Shown in pieces: positions 43,201 through 52,814 of a DNA stretch of 63,446 nucleotides. Location of the stretch: the NCBI GenBank assembly GCA_002359655.1, contig DENL01000021.1, positions 1-63,446 on the forward strand, given 5' to 3'. This DNA is from Rickettsiales bacterium UBA2645. Lineage in GTDB: Bacteria; Pseudomonadota; Alphaproteobacteria; Rickettsiales; UBA1997. The position numbers and the translations under genes were made by a program. Numbering within the stretch: the first letter of the stretch is position 1; every line of letters starts with the position of its first letter. The notes beneath the pieces were generated by a model. That model made no database searches and was not told where the DNA came from. It saw only the letters and a program-made list of their open reading frames with translations.

Positions 43201-44096
43201 GCAGCTTTGCTAAATTGATTGATTACCGATTCCTTTGTGAGGCCTGATTCAACGCGGTGAAATTGTTGCGATCCGTAAAATCCAGAAACATAACCCTGAG
43301 CGTGAAGGTGCGAAAAATAATTAAGCGCGATATTTTTTGTAAGAATTTTTTTAGCAATTTCCTGTCCAATTCCACCTTGCGCTACGTGCTCTTCAAGTAC
43401 ACAAACTTTTGATAAATTTTTTATTTCTTTTGTTAATTCCGCGGGGAAATCTTCAAGCAGAGGAAGTTCGCAAACCAGCCAAATTGAAGGGCGCATAGAT
43501 TTATCTTCATCTTTAAAATCATGCAAAATATTGCTAGCAATCGAACCACAAATAATCAAAACACCAAGATCGCCATCAAGAATTTTACGCCAAGATGCAT
43601 AGGAAATTTCTTCGGATTTTTTTGCCAAACCTAAACGCAGGTAACTTGGTTTTTTTAAGTAACTAATACGCTGAATTATCGCAGCAATATCTTCGTCAAA
43701 AGCTGGAATAAAGGCGTGCATATTTTGTAAAGTTAAAAGCGCGCCGTAATCTTCAATTGCATGATGAGTTGCGCCCATCACGCCGTAACCATATCCACCA
43801 CCATTTCCCACAATTGTGACTGGTAAACTATGTAAACAAACATCGTTGCGAATTTGTTCAAAAGGTCGTGCAAAAGCAAATGGCGCAATGCTGTAGCAAA
43901 AAACTTGCAAACCAGTTTTGGCAATTCCCGCAGCAACTGAAATCATATTTTGTTCAGAAATTCCAACATTTATGAAGTGGTCTTGCATCTTCTCCTGCAA
44001 AGGTTCTAAAGCTCTAAAGCCAAGATCACCAGTTAAAAAAACAAAAGGTTTTTTCTCGAAAGCTTTGACCATCTCAGCGCAAAAAATTTCTCTCAT
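43197..44096 (-). CDS. Transketolase-like, C-terminal (pyrimidine-binding) subunit
   Basis: LTGDLG, NVGISEQNM, FEQIRND, GATHHAIED, LEEH. Confidence 0.9.
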   Translation of the reverse strand: MREIFCAEMVKAFEKKPFVFLTGDLGFRALEPLQEKMQDHFINVGISEQNMISVAAGIAKTGLQVFCYSIAPFAFARPFEQIRNDVCLHSLPVTIVGNGGGYGYGVMGATHHAIEDYGALLTLQNMHAFIPAFDEDIAAIIQRISYLKKPSYLRLGLAKKSEEISYASWRKILDGDLGVLIICGSIASNILHDFKDEDKSMRPSIWLVCELPLLEDFPAELTKEIKNLSKVCVLEEHVAQGGIGQEIAKKILTKNIALNYFSHLHAQGYVSGFYGSQQFHRVESGLTKESVINQFSKAA

Positions 44097-44866
44097 AAGT
44101 TTTCGATCTCCTTTTTTGCTTTATTGTAGAGATCTTCACTCAGCGGTAAATAGTGCCACTGCATGCTATTTTTCATAAAAGAAATTTTGTTACCTTTTAT
44201 AGTTCGCAACAAAAAAATTTGTGGACGATCTTTTTTTTCAGCAAGTTTTTTTAGATCATTTTCATCATGGCCACTGATCTCAGAAATTTCAAAATTGAGA
44301 GCAGAAAAAATATTGCCCAAATTTTTAGAATTAAGCGAAGCCACATCTTGCGTGCTTCCAAAGCCCTGAAGTCCGTTACAATCGATAATTATTGTAACAT
44401 TTTTTAATTGCTGATGATGTAAAAAAATTAACGCTTCGAAATTGCTACCTTCTTGCCACTCACCATCTGACATCAAACAAAAAATCCGCTCATCGCGATT
44501 TTGTAATTTATTTCCCATCGCCATTCCGCAAGCGAGTCCCAAGCCATGACCCAGACTTCCAGTTGCGAAAGGAATTTCATCAATCCAATTAACTGCAGGA
44601 TGCCCAGCAAGTTTAGTATTATCTTTGTGAAAAGTTTTTAACTGATCTTCGGAAATTTTTCCCATGCTCCACAAAGCAATGTAGAGAGCACCAGCAGCAT
44701 GGCCTTTTGATAAAATAAAACGATCTTTCTTTCTCAAAATATTGTGATGCAAATAAAGAATTGCATCAAGCGCCGATAAATTGCCGCCAATATGACCAAC
44801 GCCACTTTCAAAATGCATTTTAAGCAAACGCAGGCTGGCTTGTTTTTGTAGCTCTGAGAATGTCAT
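44093..44866 (-). CDS. Transketolase-like, N-terminal ThDP-binding subunit
   Basis: GHIGG, FILSKGH, TGSLGHG, SDGEWQEG...N; ATG at 44866. Confidence 0.9.
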   Translation of the reverse strand: MTFSELQKQASLRLLKMHFESGVGHIGGNLSALDAILYLHHNILRKKDRFILSKGHAAGALYIALWSMGKISEDQLKTFHKDNTKLAGHPAVNWIDEIPFATGSLGHGLGLACGMAMGNKLQNRDERIFCLMSDGEWQEGSNFEALIFLHHQQLKNVTIIIDCNGLQGFGSTQDVASLNSKNLGNIFSALNFEISEISGHDENDLKKLAEKKDRPQIFLLRTIKGNKISFMKNSMQWHYLPLSEDLYNKAKKEIENL

Positions 44867-45072
44867 TAATTTTTTAAGAAAAGTTCTCTGTCCATTATTC
44901 AAGGGAACTAAACATAGAATATACCTCTCTTAAGCTCTGAATATGATTTACAAAAAGAGAGGATTGGTGATCCATGTGCGGTATTTTGCGAACCGTCCTT
45001 CGAATTCTAAAGCCTTAGTTCTATTGACTCCAGATTAATTGACAAGAGGACAGAGAAGTTCGAAAATATTTT

Positions 45073-45490
45073 TTGCTTGCTGACAAAGATTGTCAAAATA
45101 CCCGGCAAGAAGTTTTGATTGTCGAAAGTTTAGAGGAAGTGAAGCTGGATAAAAAAGGCTGCGAGGTTGTTAAAGGAAAATGGTATGATCCTTACAGCGA
45201 CAAATACTTTAGCAATCCAGTTGACCTAGACATTGATCATTTTGTTACGCTTGGAGAAGTTGACAAAAGCGGTGGCCATGAGTGGCCAAAGTTGATGAAA
45301 GTGTAATCGCTCCAAGGGTGACAAAGACCCATCAGACTGGCTGCCGCCTAACAAGAAATATCAATGCGAATACATTAAGACTTGGCAGAAGGTTAAAACG
45401 TAGTGGATGCTTAAGATGGACAAAAAGGAGAAAGATTTTATTAGCGTAAAAAACAAGGAATGCCTCATCAATAAACTCTATATGATCTAA
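45073..45490 (+). pseudogene. Degraded HNH endonuclease (DUF1524-like)
   Basis: DKDCQNTRQEVLI...GKWYDPY...LDIDHFV, then in another frame NRSKGDKDPSDWLPPNKKYQCEYI...VKT*W; frameshift/deletion plus a TAG at 45401. Confidence 0.8.
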
Positions 45491-46539
45491 ATGTTATCAG
45501 AATTTCTAAGCTTTGAAATTAGATTTTTTAGTTTTTCTAAGTCAGAAAATTTTATTGAGCCGCTAAAAAAAGTAATTTGTAGCCAGCTTCTTTCCTTTAA
45601 ATAGCTATTTTGATAGTGGACTAAAATTCCTTTGGATTCCAAGAACTTACCAAGCTCTTCTGATTGCCTAGCCTGATCAAATTGGATAGTGGTAATTGCG
45701 CATGATTTTACTTTTTCATTAATCATAATCTTGATTTTCTGCTGCTCTAGAAACTTAACCAAATCATCGTTTAGTTTTTTAATTTTTGGCATTTTATCTT
45801 CTTGCAACATCAATTCTAGCGAGGCATTCAAGGCATTTATCAAATTTGAAGAGAAGGTAAAAGGAATGCCATTTTTTGCGTGATAAAACCCAATATCAAG
45901 ATACTGAGGAATTGTGTTTTGAGGTTTTGGCTGATGATTATGTAAGACAATCGCAATGCCAGCTAGTGATTCCAATCCTTTGTTGCTAGAAGCTGAAGCT
46001 AAGTAAATTTTTGATAGATCAAGTTGATAAATACCAATTGAACTGACGCAATCGACACAAACTTTGGTATTTGTTTTACTAGCTATCGTTAAAATTTTCT
46101 CTAAATCGTTCATCATGCCAGTTGAGGTTTCGCAGTGAACAAAGCAAATCCAATCAACTTTTTTCTTCAGCAAGATTTCTGCGATTTCGTGATAATCAAA
46201 AACTTCTCCCCAATTTTTCTTTAAGTTATGGAATTTTAAATTGTGGCGCGTTGCTTGATTTATAAGTCTTTCTCCGAATTCTCCGTTAGAAATTATCAAG
46301 CCAAATTCGTTTTTTAGGGTCGACAAATTTGCTATAATTGCTTCATTAGCAAGACTTCCGCTGCCCATCATCAAAGTGGAATATTTTGCTTTGGTAATAA
46401 TTTTTAACTTGTTTTGCAGTTCATTTAGCAATTTAGAAAATTCAGGAGAGCGATGTGAGATTGCAGCTTTTTTAAAAGCCTTGGAAACCTTTGATGATAT
46501 CATTACAGGACCAGAAAGAAAGCTGATTGGTGTTTTCAT
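45487..46539 (-). CDS. Class V PLP-dependent aminotransferase
   Basis: SGPV, ISHRS, NGEFGERL, VHCETSTG, DCVSS, SSNKGL. Confidence 0.88.
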   Translation of the reverse strand: MKTPISFLSGPVMISSKVSKAFKKAAISHRSPEFSKLLNELQNKLKIITKAKYSTLMMGSGSLANEAIIANLSTLKNEFGLIISNGEFGERLINQATRHNLKFHNLKKNWGEVFDYHEIAEILLKKKVDWICFVHCETSTGMMNDLEKILTIASKTNTKVCVDCVSSIGIYQLDLSKIYLASASSNKGLESLAGIAIVLHNHQPKPQNTIPQYLDIGFYHAKNGIPFTFSSNLINALNASLELMLQEDKMPKIKKLNDDLVKFLEQQKIKIMINEKVKSCAITTIQFDQARQSEELGKFLESKGILVHYQNSYLKERSWLQITFFSGSIKFSDLEKLKNLISKLRNSDNI

Positions 46540-47054
46540 ATCTTAAGCGCAATTGTTTCGTGAGTTATAAACATTGGTTGGAACTTAGCTTTTTCGTCAC
46601 CAACCAAATGAGCAAAAGGAACAAAACCGATATGTTTATATAGTTTTTCTTGTTTTGTGGTTCCTGATATCAAGGCGATGTCGCAATCTTGTTTCAGAAC
46701 ATATTGCATCAGTTGCAGCGCAATTTGGAGGAATATTTTACCGCCACGATATTCTTTTTTGACGCTAAGAAGCCTTAATTCGCAAGGTTTGGTCTTGCCA
46801 TGCGGAAAATATGAATCGAGATTTGGCAATTTGTGATCAAGAGAAAATGGTCTTTGATTTCAGTAAGCAATCATCGCAATCAACTCGTTATCTTTTTTAC
46901 AGATGAAGTAGGTATTCTCGTGATGAAATTTATCTACAAGTCTACGCGATTCGTTTTTTTGATGTTGCGGAATTTCTAAGGCAAATGTCTCGTAATTTAG
47001 ACAAAAGATTTGCTCAAACTCTTCTTCTGTGTTAGCTATTTTAAAGGTTAACAT
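46536..47054 (-). pseudogene. GNAT-family N-acyltransferase split by an in-frame TGA at 46860-46862
   Basis: Read-through gives ...LNYETFALEIPQH...LVDKFH.ENTY...MIAY*NQRPFSLDHKLPNLDSY...CELRLLSV...ALISG...LYKHIGFVPF in one frame. Confidence 0.82.
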
Positions 47055-47640
47055 GTGCTTTCTTTAGGTGAGAAATTATTAACAAAATAATCGCAATAAA
47101 AATTGCCAGAATTGTGATCGAATCAAGAAAGAGTGGATAATGATTTATCAAGATTAAGCTGCCTAGTATTGTGGTTAACAAGCCTGCAGAAATACCAAGT
47201 TTCTGATTATGGGTAACTAGCAGTAGCAAGAAAAGAACACCTAAAGAAATCAGCAGAACCCAAAAATTTATCACAAAAATTATTGCGGTAAAAACAACCA
47301 CACCTTTGCCGCCTTTAAATTTAAGTTGCGCAGGAAATAAGTGACCGCATATCACAGCCATTGAACTTGAGAGAAAGAGAATGGAAAAATTTGTATCTGA
47401 CCTAAAAAAATAAATCGTTACACCAAGCGCTAAAACGGTTTTAAGAAAATCACCGATAAAAGTTATAATGAATCCTTTCTTGCCAAGAATTCTTCCGGCA
47501 TTTCTTGCGCCAACAGTTCCACTGTTAATATTTCTTATATCCAGATTACTGTATATCTTAACGAGATAGTATGCGCTACAAAAGCATCCCAGGAGATAAC
47601 TGTAAAAAATTACGCAAATTACATTGATGAAAAGTTCCAT
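47041..47640 (-). CDS. PlsY-like glycerol-3-phosphate acyltransferase
   Basis: SYLLG, DIR..SG.VGARN, DFLK, GHLFP..LKFKGGKGV. Confidence 0.82.
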   Translation of the reverse strand: MELFINVICVIFYSYLLGCFCSAYYLVKIYSNLDIRNINSGTVGARNAGRILGKKGFIITFIGDFLKTVLALGVTIYFFRSDTNFSILFLSSSMAVICGHLFPAQLKFKGGKGVVVFTAIIFVINFWVLLISLGVLFLLLLVTHNQKLGISAGLLTTILGSLILINHYPLFLDSITILAIFIAIILLIISHLKKAHVNL

Positions 47641-47643
47641 ATT

Positions 47644-47991
47644 TTAGACCCCCAACTCCATGATTAAGTTAATAATCTTATCCTTAACTTTCTGATTTTT
47701 GATTTTTTCCATTACGTGTATTGCTTTAAGAGTTTTTAGATCTTTAGGCATCTCTGGATCTACCATAATACCCTCAAGTCCTTCAAAGAAAAAGTACGGC
47801 GACACTTTTAAGATTTTTGATATTTCATAAAGTCTGCTAGCCGATATACGATTCTCGCCACTCTCATATTTTTGAAGCTGCTGAAACGATATTTCTAAAT
47901 CATGTGATAATGAATATTGACTGATATTCAAAACCTTTCTGCGTAATCTTACTCTACTTCCAATATGTCGATCTATATGATTCATAATCAT
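47644..47991 (-). CDS. XRE-family HTH regulator
   Basis: IDRHIGSRVRLRR...ISFQQLQKYESGENRISASRL...FFEGL. Confidence 0.9.
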   Translation of the reverse strand: MIMNHIDRHIGSRVRLRRKVLNISQYSLSHDLEISFQQLQKYESGENRISASRLYEISKILKVSPYFFFEGLEGIMVDPEMPKDLKTLKAIHVMEKIKNQKVKDKIINLIMELGV

Positions 47992-48029
47992 GAATTAGTT
48001 GTTGATTTAGAAAAAAATAAAAATTAATT

Positions 48030-48064
48030 TAACGGTGTTCAATTGAATTAATTAAACAGTGTAA
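48030..48064. promoter_or_regulatory. Possible TetR operator pair (AAC-N3-GTT-like)
   Basis: taacggtgttc (48030-48040) and aaacagtgtaa (48054-48064) between the divergent XRE and TetR genes. Confidence 0.4.
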
Positions 48065-48070
48065 AATAAA

Positions 48071-48664
48071 ATGGCAAGAAGAAATGATCACACAAAAGAA
48101 GAGATCAGAGAGATGGTTATTCATGCTGGATCTGAGCTCATAAAGACATCAGGATTTTCTGCCTTCAGTACTCGCCAAATCGCGAAAGAAATCGGATATA
48201 CAGTTGGGACTCTTTATAATGTTTTTGATAGTTACGATGACATCGTTTTACATATTAACGCAGCAACACTTGAGGACATGAGAAAGTTCATTGAAGAGGG
48301 CTTGAATCCCAAGTTAAGAAACGTGAAAGCGATTAAGCAGCTTGCAAAACTGTACCTAGATTTTGCTCATAATAATCACAATAGATGGAGTGCCATATTT
48401 GAATATAACATACCATCTGAGTTAGATTTACCTGAACATTACAATCAAAAAGTAGAAAAACTTTTTAGTATTACCGAAAGCTTGTTGTCAGAATTTATCA
48501 GCAAAAAATCAGAAGCTTTAAAACATGCAAAAGTAATTTGGGCAAGTATTCACGGTATTTGCGTATTGAGTTTAACGCAAAAATTGAATGTTGCAGGAAC
48601 TGCATCTGTTGAAATTCTAACCAATTCTTTAATAGAAAATTATTTGCGAGGTATTGAAAAATGA
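48071..48664 (+). CDS. TetR/AcrR regulator with WHG-type C-terminal domain
   Basis: STRQIAKEIGYTVGTLYNVF HTH; WASIHG. Confidence 0.9.
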   Translation: MARRNDHTKEEIREMVIHAGSELIKTSGFSAFSTRQIAKEIGYTVGTLYNVFDSYDDIVLHINAATLEDMRKFIEEGLNPKLRNVKAIKQLAKLYLDFAHNNHNRWSAIFEYNIPSELDLPEHYNQKVEKLFSITESLLSEFISKKSEALKHAKVIWASIHGICVLSLTQKLNVAGTASVEILTNSLIENYLRGIEK

Positions 48665-49380
48665 TCCGCAAATTTTTCTCTATTTTAACATGTAATCTGT
48701 TTTTGGTTTCAAACACTGTTCAAGCTTCAGAACTCAAGAATGATGGTGATTATGTTATGATTTTGCACGGCATCGCAAGATCAAATAAGCATATGCAAAA
48801 ACTTGCCACCTACCTACAAAAAGATGGATTTGATGTGATCAATTTAAGTTACCCCTCCACGACTCATACAATTGAAGATCTGACAGAAATCATAAATAAA
48901 GAAATCTCCCAAAAAACTACCAAAGACAAACGAATACATTTCATTGGATATTCAATGGGCGGATTAATGGTTCGTGCATTAATCCATAAATATAACTACA
49001 AAAATCTTGGACGAGTTGTTCAGCTAGCGCCTCCAAATCAAGGTAGTGAAGTTGCAGATTTCGTGAAAAACTTTTGGCCTTACAAAAAGATATTTGGACC
49101 AGCTGGTCAGCAGTTAATTACTGATCAAAGTGCGTTAAAACATCTTTTTGGTGAAGTGAATTACGAGCTTGGGATTATTGCTGGAAATGCAACTATTGAT
49201 CCAATTTCATCGGTAATAATTCCTGGAGAGAATGATGGCAAGGTTGCAGTTGAAAGAACGAAATTAGAGGGAATGAAAGATCACGTTGTCGTCAGCGCAT
49301 CTCACACTTTCTTTCCATCAAACAAAGAAGTGCAAAACCAGACTTTATACTTCCTAAAAAACGGTAATTTTAAACATTAA
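48661..49380 (+). CDS. Secreted alpha/beta hydrolase (lipase/esterase-like)
   Basis: Signal peptide, LHG, GYSMGG, PPNQGS, NDGKV, SHTF. Confidence 0.85.
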   Translation: MIRKFFSILTCNLFLVSNTVQASELKNDGDYVMILHGIARSNKHMQKLATYLQKDGFDVINLSYPSTTHTIEDLTEIINKEISQKTTKDKRIHFIGYSMGGLMVRALIHKYNYKNLGRVVQLAPPNQGSEVADFVKNFWPYKKIFGPAGQQLITDQSALKHLFGEVNYELGIIAGNATIDPISSVIIPGENDGKVAVERTKLEGMKDHVVVSASHTFFPSNKEVQNQTLYFLKNGNFKH

Positions 49381-49386
49381 TCAACT

Positions 49387-50682
49387 ATGAAAAACCAATC
49401 TCACTTACTCAATTCAAAAAGATTTTTACCGCTTTTTATTACCCAATTTTTTGGCGCTTTTAACGACAATGTTTTCAAAAACGCTTTTCTAATTTGGTTT
49501 ACTTATGACATCGCTACCAAATTGAATATGAACGCTCAGGCAATGGTGACAGTTGCTTCCGGTCTTTTTGTTTTGCCATTTTTTCTTTTTTCTGCACTTG
49601 CTGGTCAAGTTGCCGATAAATTCGAAAAATCAAAAATTACACGCATCGTAAAAATCGCTGAAATTTTGATCATGGCGTTTTCTTTCATCGGCTTTTATTT
49701 CGAAAATATTTACCTGCTTTTGTTCCTAGTTTTTTTGATGGGAATTCATTCAACATTTTTTGGCCCCATAAAATATAGCTTACTGCCTGAAACTTTAAAA
49801 GATGACGAATTAGTCAGCGGAAATGCTTTAATCGAAGGTGGAACTTTCTTAGCAATTTTGCTTGGTACTATTCTTGGTGGAGTTGTAATCAGATCACAAA
49901 ATGGCATCGAAATTGTTTGTGCATCTGTAGTTCTCTTTGCTATAATCGGCTATGTTGCCAGCCGCTTCATTCCACAAACCAAAATCAGCGATCCCGAACT
50001 AAAAATTAGTCTGAATATTTTTAGTCAAAGTTGGAAAATCATTAACTATGCCAAAAAAGAAAATACAGTTTGGCTCTCAATAATTGGCATTTCTTGGTTT
50101 TGGTTTATTGGCCTCACCTTCCTTTCTCAATTTCCGATTTACACAAAAAATATCATCAATGGCGATGAATTTATCGTCACACTTTTTCTTTCCATTTTTT
50201 CAGTCGGGATTGGTTTGGGATCAGTAATGTGTAATAAATTACTTAAAGGACAAATTAACGGAAGACTTGTTCCGCTTGGCTCAATTGGCATTTCTATTGG
50301 AATTTTATTTTTCTGTCTCGCCAGCAATCTTTATCAAACTCCAGAAAACATCATAGGTCTGGCAGAGTTTTTTTCTGCCTCTTATCACAGCTATTTTATC
50401 ACACTCAGCTTGCTTGCAATCGCTATCTTTTCCGGCATTTATATCGTGCCACTTTACGCAATAATGCAACATCGTTCCGATAATAAATATCTCTCGCGCA
50501 TTGTTGCCGCAAACAATGTTTTGAATTCGTTGTTCATGGTTGCATCGAGCTTTATAATCATCGCTTTGATCAAAGCGAATCTAACACTTCTACAAATCTT
50601 CCTCACGGTTGGAATTTTCAATATTTTTGTGTTTTTCTTCATCCGCAAAATTGTTAACCAAAATCTTAATCGCCATGTTTAA
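49387..50682 (+). CDS. LplT-like MFS lysophospholipid transporter
   Basis: RFLPLFITQFFGAFNDN, AGQVADKFEK, FFGPIKYSLLP, AANNVLN; directly upstream of aas. Confidence 0.85.
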   Translation: MKNQSHLLNSKRFLPLFITQFFGAFNDNVFKNAFLIWFTYDIATKLNMNAQAMVTVASGLFVLPFFLFSALAGQVADKFEKSKITRIVKIAEILIMAFSFIGFYFENIYLLLFLVFLMGIHSTFFGPIKYSLLPETLKDDELVSGNALIEGGTFLAILLGTILGGVVIRSQNGIEIVCASVVLFAIIGYVASRFIPQTKISDPELKISLNIFSQSWKIINYAKKENTVWLSIIGISWFWFIGLTFLSQFPIYTKNIINGDEFIVTLFLSIFSVGIGLGSVMCNKLLKGQINGRLVPLGSIGISIGILFFCLASNLYQTPENIIGLAEFFSASYHSYFITLSLLAIAIFSGIYIVPLYAIMQHRSDNKYLSRIVAANNVLNSLFMVASSFIIIALIKANLTLLQIFLTVGIFNIFVFFFIRKIVNQNLNRHV

Positions 50683-52810
50683 AAACTTACTTCGCACTAC
50701 CTTAACCAAACTTTACAAAGTTGAAATCAAAGGTTTGGAAAACTACCAAAAAGCTGGAAATCGTGTTCTAATTGTTGCCAACCACTTATCATTTTTAGAT
50801 GCAATTTTGCTGGCAGTTTTTTTGCCAGACAAACCGATGTTCGCGGTTAATACTTTCATTTCTAGAAAATGGTGGATGAAGCCTTTTCTTGCTTTAGCAG
50901 ACACTTTTGCACTTGATCCAACTAATCCGATGGCAGTTAAAAGCCTGATTCATGAAATCAAAAAAGATAAGAAATGTGTAATTTTTCCTGAAGGAAGAAT
51001 TACTGTAACTGGTTCTTTGATGAAGATTTATGAAGGTCCGGGAATGATTGCTGACAAATCCGATGCAATAATTTTACCAATTCGTTTAGACGGCGCACAA
51101 TTTTCACCATTTTCGCGTTTGAAAGGTCGAGTCAAAATTCACACTTTCCCGAAAATCACGATCACAATTTTATCCCCGCAAAAATTTGATGTCGCAAAAG
51201 AAATTACTGGGAAAGATAGACGTGCTGCCAACGCTGATAAGCTTTACGACATTATGACAGAGATGTTGTTTGAAAGCTCAGATTACAAAAAAACTTTATT
51301 CTCTTCGTTGCTTGATGCCAAAAAAATCCACGGAAAAAATCATCCGATTATTGTCGATGTCGAACGTAAAGAACTCACTTACAAACAATTAATCACTCGT
51401 ATTTTTGTTCTTGGAAAACAAATAGCCAAAGAAACTTCAAAAGGAGAATATGTTGGTTTGATGTTACCAAATATGAATAGCAGCATTGTCACATTTTTTG
51501 CGATGCAATCAATAAATCGCGTGCCAGCAATGATCAATTTTTCAACTGGTGGTTCAAACTTTATCGCAGCTTGCCAAGTTGCTCAAATTAAAACCATTTT
51601 TACTGCTAAAAAATTTATCGAAGGCGCAAAGCTACAAAAACTTGTTGAAGCTGCAGAGAATGAAAAAATCAGAATAATTTATCTGGAAGAGACGGCCAAA
51701 AAAATCAGAAGTTTAGACAAAATTTGCGGACTTCTAAAAGCCAGTTTTGCCGAAAAATTTTACCAACCAACTTCTGCTAAAAATCCTGCTATAATTCTTT
51801 TTACTTCTGGTTCAGAAGGAACACCAAAAGGCGTAGTTTTGAGTCATGAGAATATTCAAGCCAATCGTTTTCAACTTGCGTCAAGAGTTGATTTTTCAAG
51901 CAAAGATACTGTCTTTAACGCCTTGCCAATTTTTCATTCTTTTGGTTTAACTGGCGGAACCTTATTGCCAATTTTAGCTGGCATTAAAACCTTCTTTTAT
52001 CCATCGCCTTTGCACTATCGCATTGTGCCAGAATTGGTTTACGACACCAATTCAACAATCATGTTTGGAACCAACACTTTTCTTTCAAACTACGCACGCT
52101 TCGCCAACGCTTACGATTTTTATTCAATTCGTTATGTCTTTGCTGGCGCTGAAAAACTTGATGAAGAAACAAGAAAAGTTTGGTCAGAAAAATTTGGCGT
52201 GAGAATTTTTGAAGGTTATGGTGCAACCGAAACCTCACCAGCGCTTTCAACTAACACACCAATGCATAATAAACCAGGAACCGTTGGTAGATTAATGCCA
52301 GGAATCAAAACCAAATTTGAAGAAATTCCCGGAATTTTGGATGGCAAAAAACTTTTGGTTTCTGGTCCTAACATAATGAAGGGCTATTTGTTGGCATCAA
52401 ACCCAGGCATTATCACGCCGCCTGAAAATGGCTGGTATGATACTGGTGACATCGTTGCAATTGACGACAAAGGTTACATTTCAATTAAAGGCCGCGCCAA
52501 ACGCTTTGCCAAAATCGCTGGCGAAATGGTTTCACTAACTGCAACTGAAGTTAATATCGCCAAAATCGATCCAAAATCAGCACACGCAATTGTGGCAATT
52601 CCAGATCCTAAAAAAGGCGAACAATTAATTTTAATGACCACCAGCCAAAGTTTGAAACGCACTGACATTTCTGCTTATTTCAAAGAAAATCAAATCACCG
52701 AATTGTCGGTTCCAAAAGAAATTATTGTTGTTGAAAAACTACCACTACTTGGAACTGGAAAAATCGATTATGTTACCGTGAAAAATTTCATCACAAATCA
52801 AACCACGTAA
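50675..52810 (+). CDS. aas: Bifunctional 2-acylglycerophosphoethanolamine acyltransferase/acyl-ACP synthetase
   Basis: NHLSFLD and FPEGR (PlsC domain); FTSGSEGTPKG, EGYGATE, YDTGD, GKIDY (AMP-binding); ATG at 50675. Confidence 0.9.
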   Translation: MFKNLLRTTLTKLYKVEIKGLENYQKAGNRVLIVANHLSFLDAILLAVFLPDKPMFAVNTFISRKWWMKPFLALADTFALDPTNPMAVKSLIHEIKKDKKCVIFPEGRITVTGSLMKIYEGPGMIADKSDAIILPIRLDGAQFSPFSRLKGRVKIHTFPKITITILSPQKFDVAKEITGKDRRAANADKLYDIMTEMLFESSDYKKTLFSSLLDAKKIHGKNHPIIVDVERKELTYKQLITRIFVLGKQIAKETSKGEYVGLMLPNMNSSIVTFFAMQSINRVPAMINFSTGGSNFIAACQVAQIKTIFTAKKFIEGAKLQKLVEAAENEKIRIIYLEETAKKIRSLDKICGLLKASFAEKFYQPTSAKNPAIILFTSGSEGTPKGVVLSHENIQANRFQLASRVDFSSKDTVFNALPIFHSFGLTGGTLLPILAGIKTFFYPSPLHYRIVPELVYDTNSTIMFGTNTFLSNYARFANAYDFYSIRYVFAGAEKLDEETRKVWSEKFGVRIFEGYGATETSPALSTNTPMHNKPGTVGRLMPGIKTKFEEIPGILDGKKLLVSGPNIMKGYLLASNPGIITPPENGWYDTGDIVAIDDKGYISIKGRAKRFAKIAGEMVSLTATEVNIAKIDPKSAHAIVAIPDPKKGEQLILMTTSQSLKRTDISAYFKENQITELSVPKEIIVVEKLPLLGTGKIDYVTVKNFITNQTT

Positions 52811-52814
52811 AACC

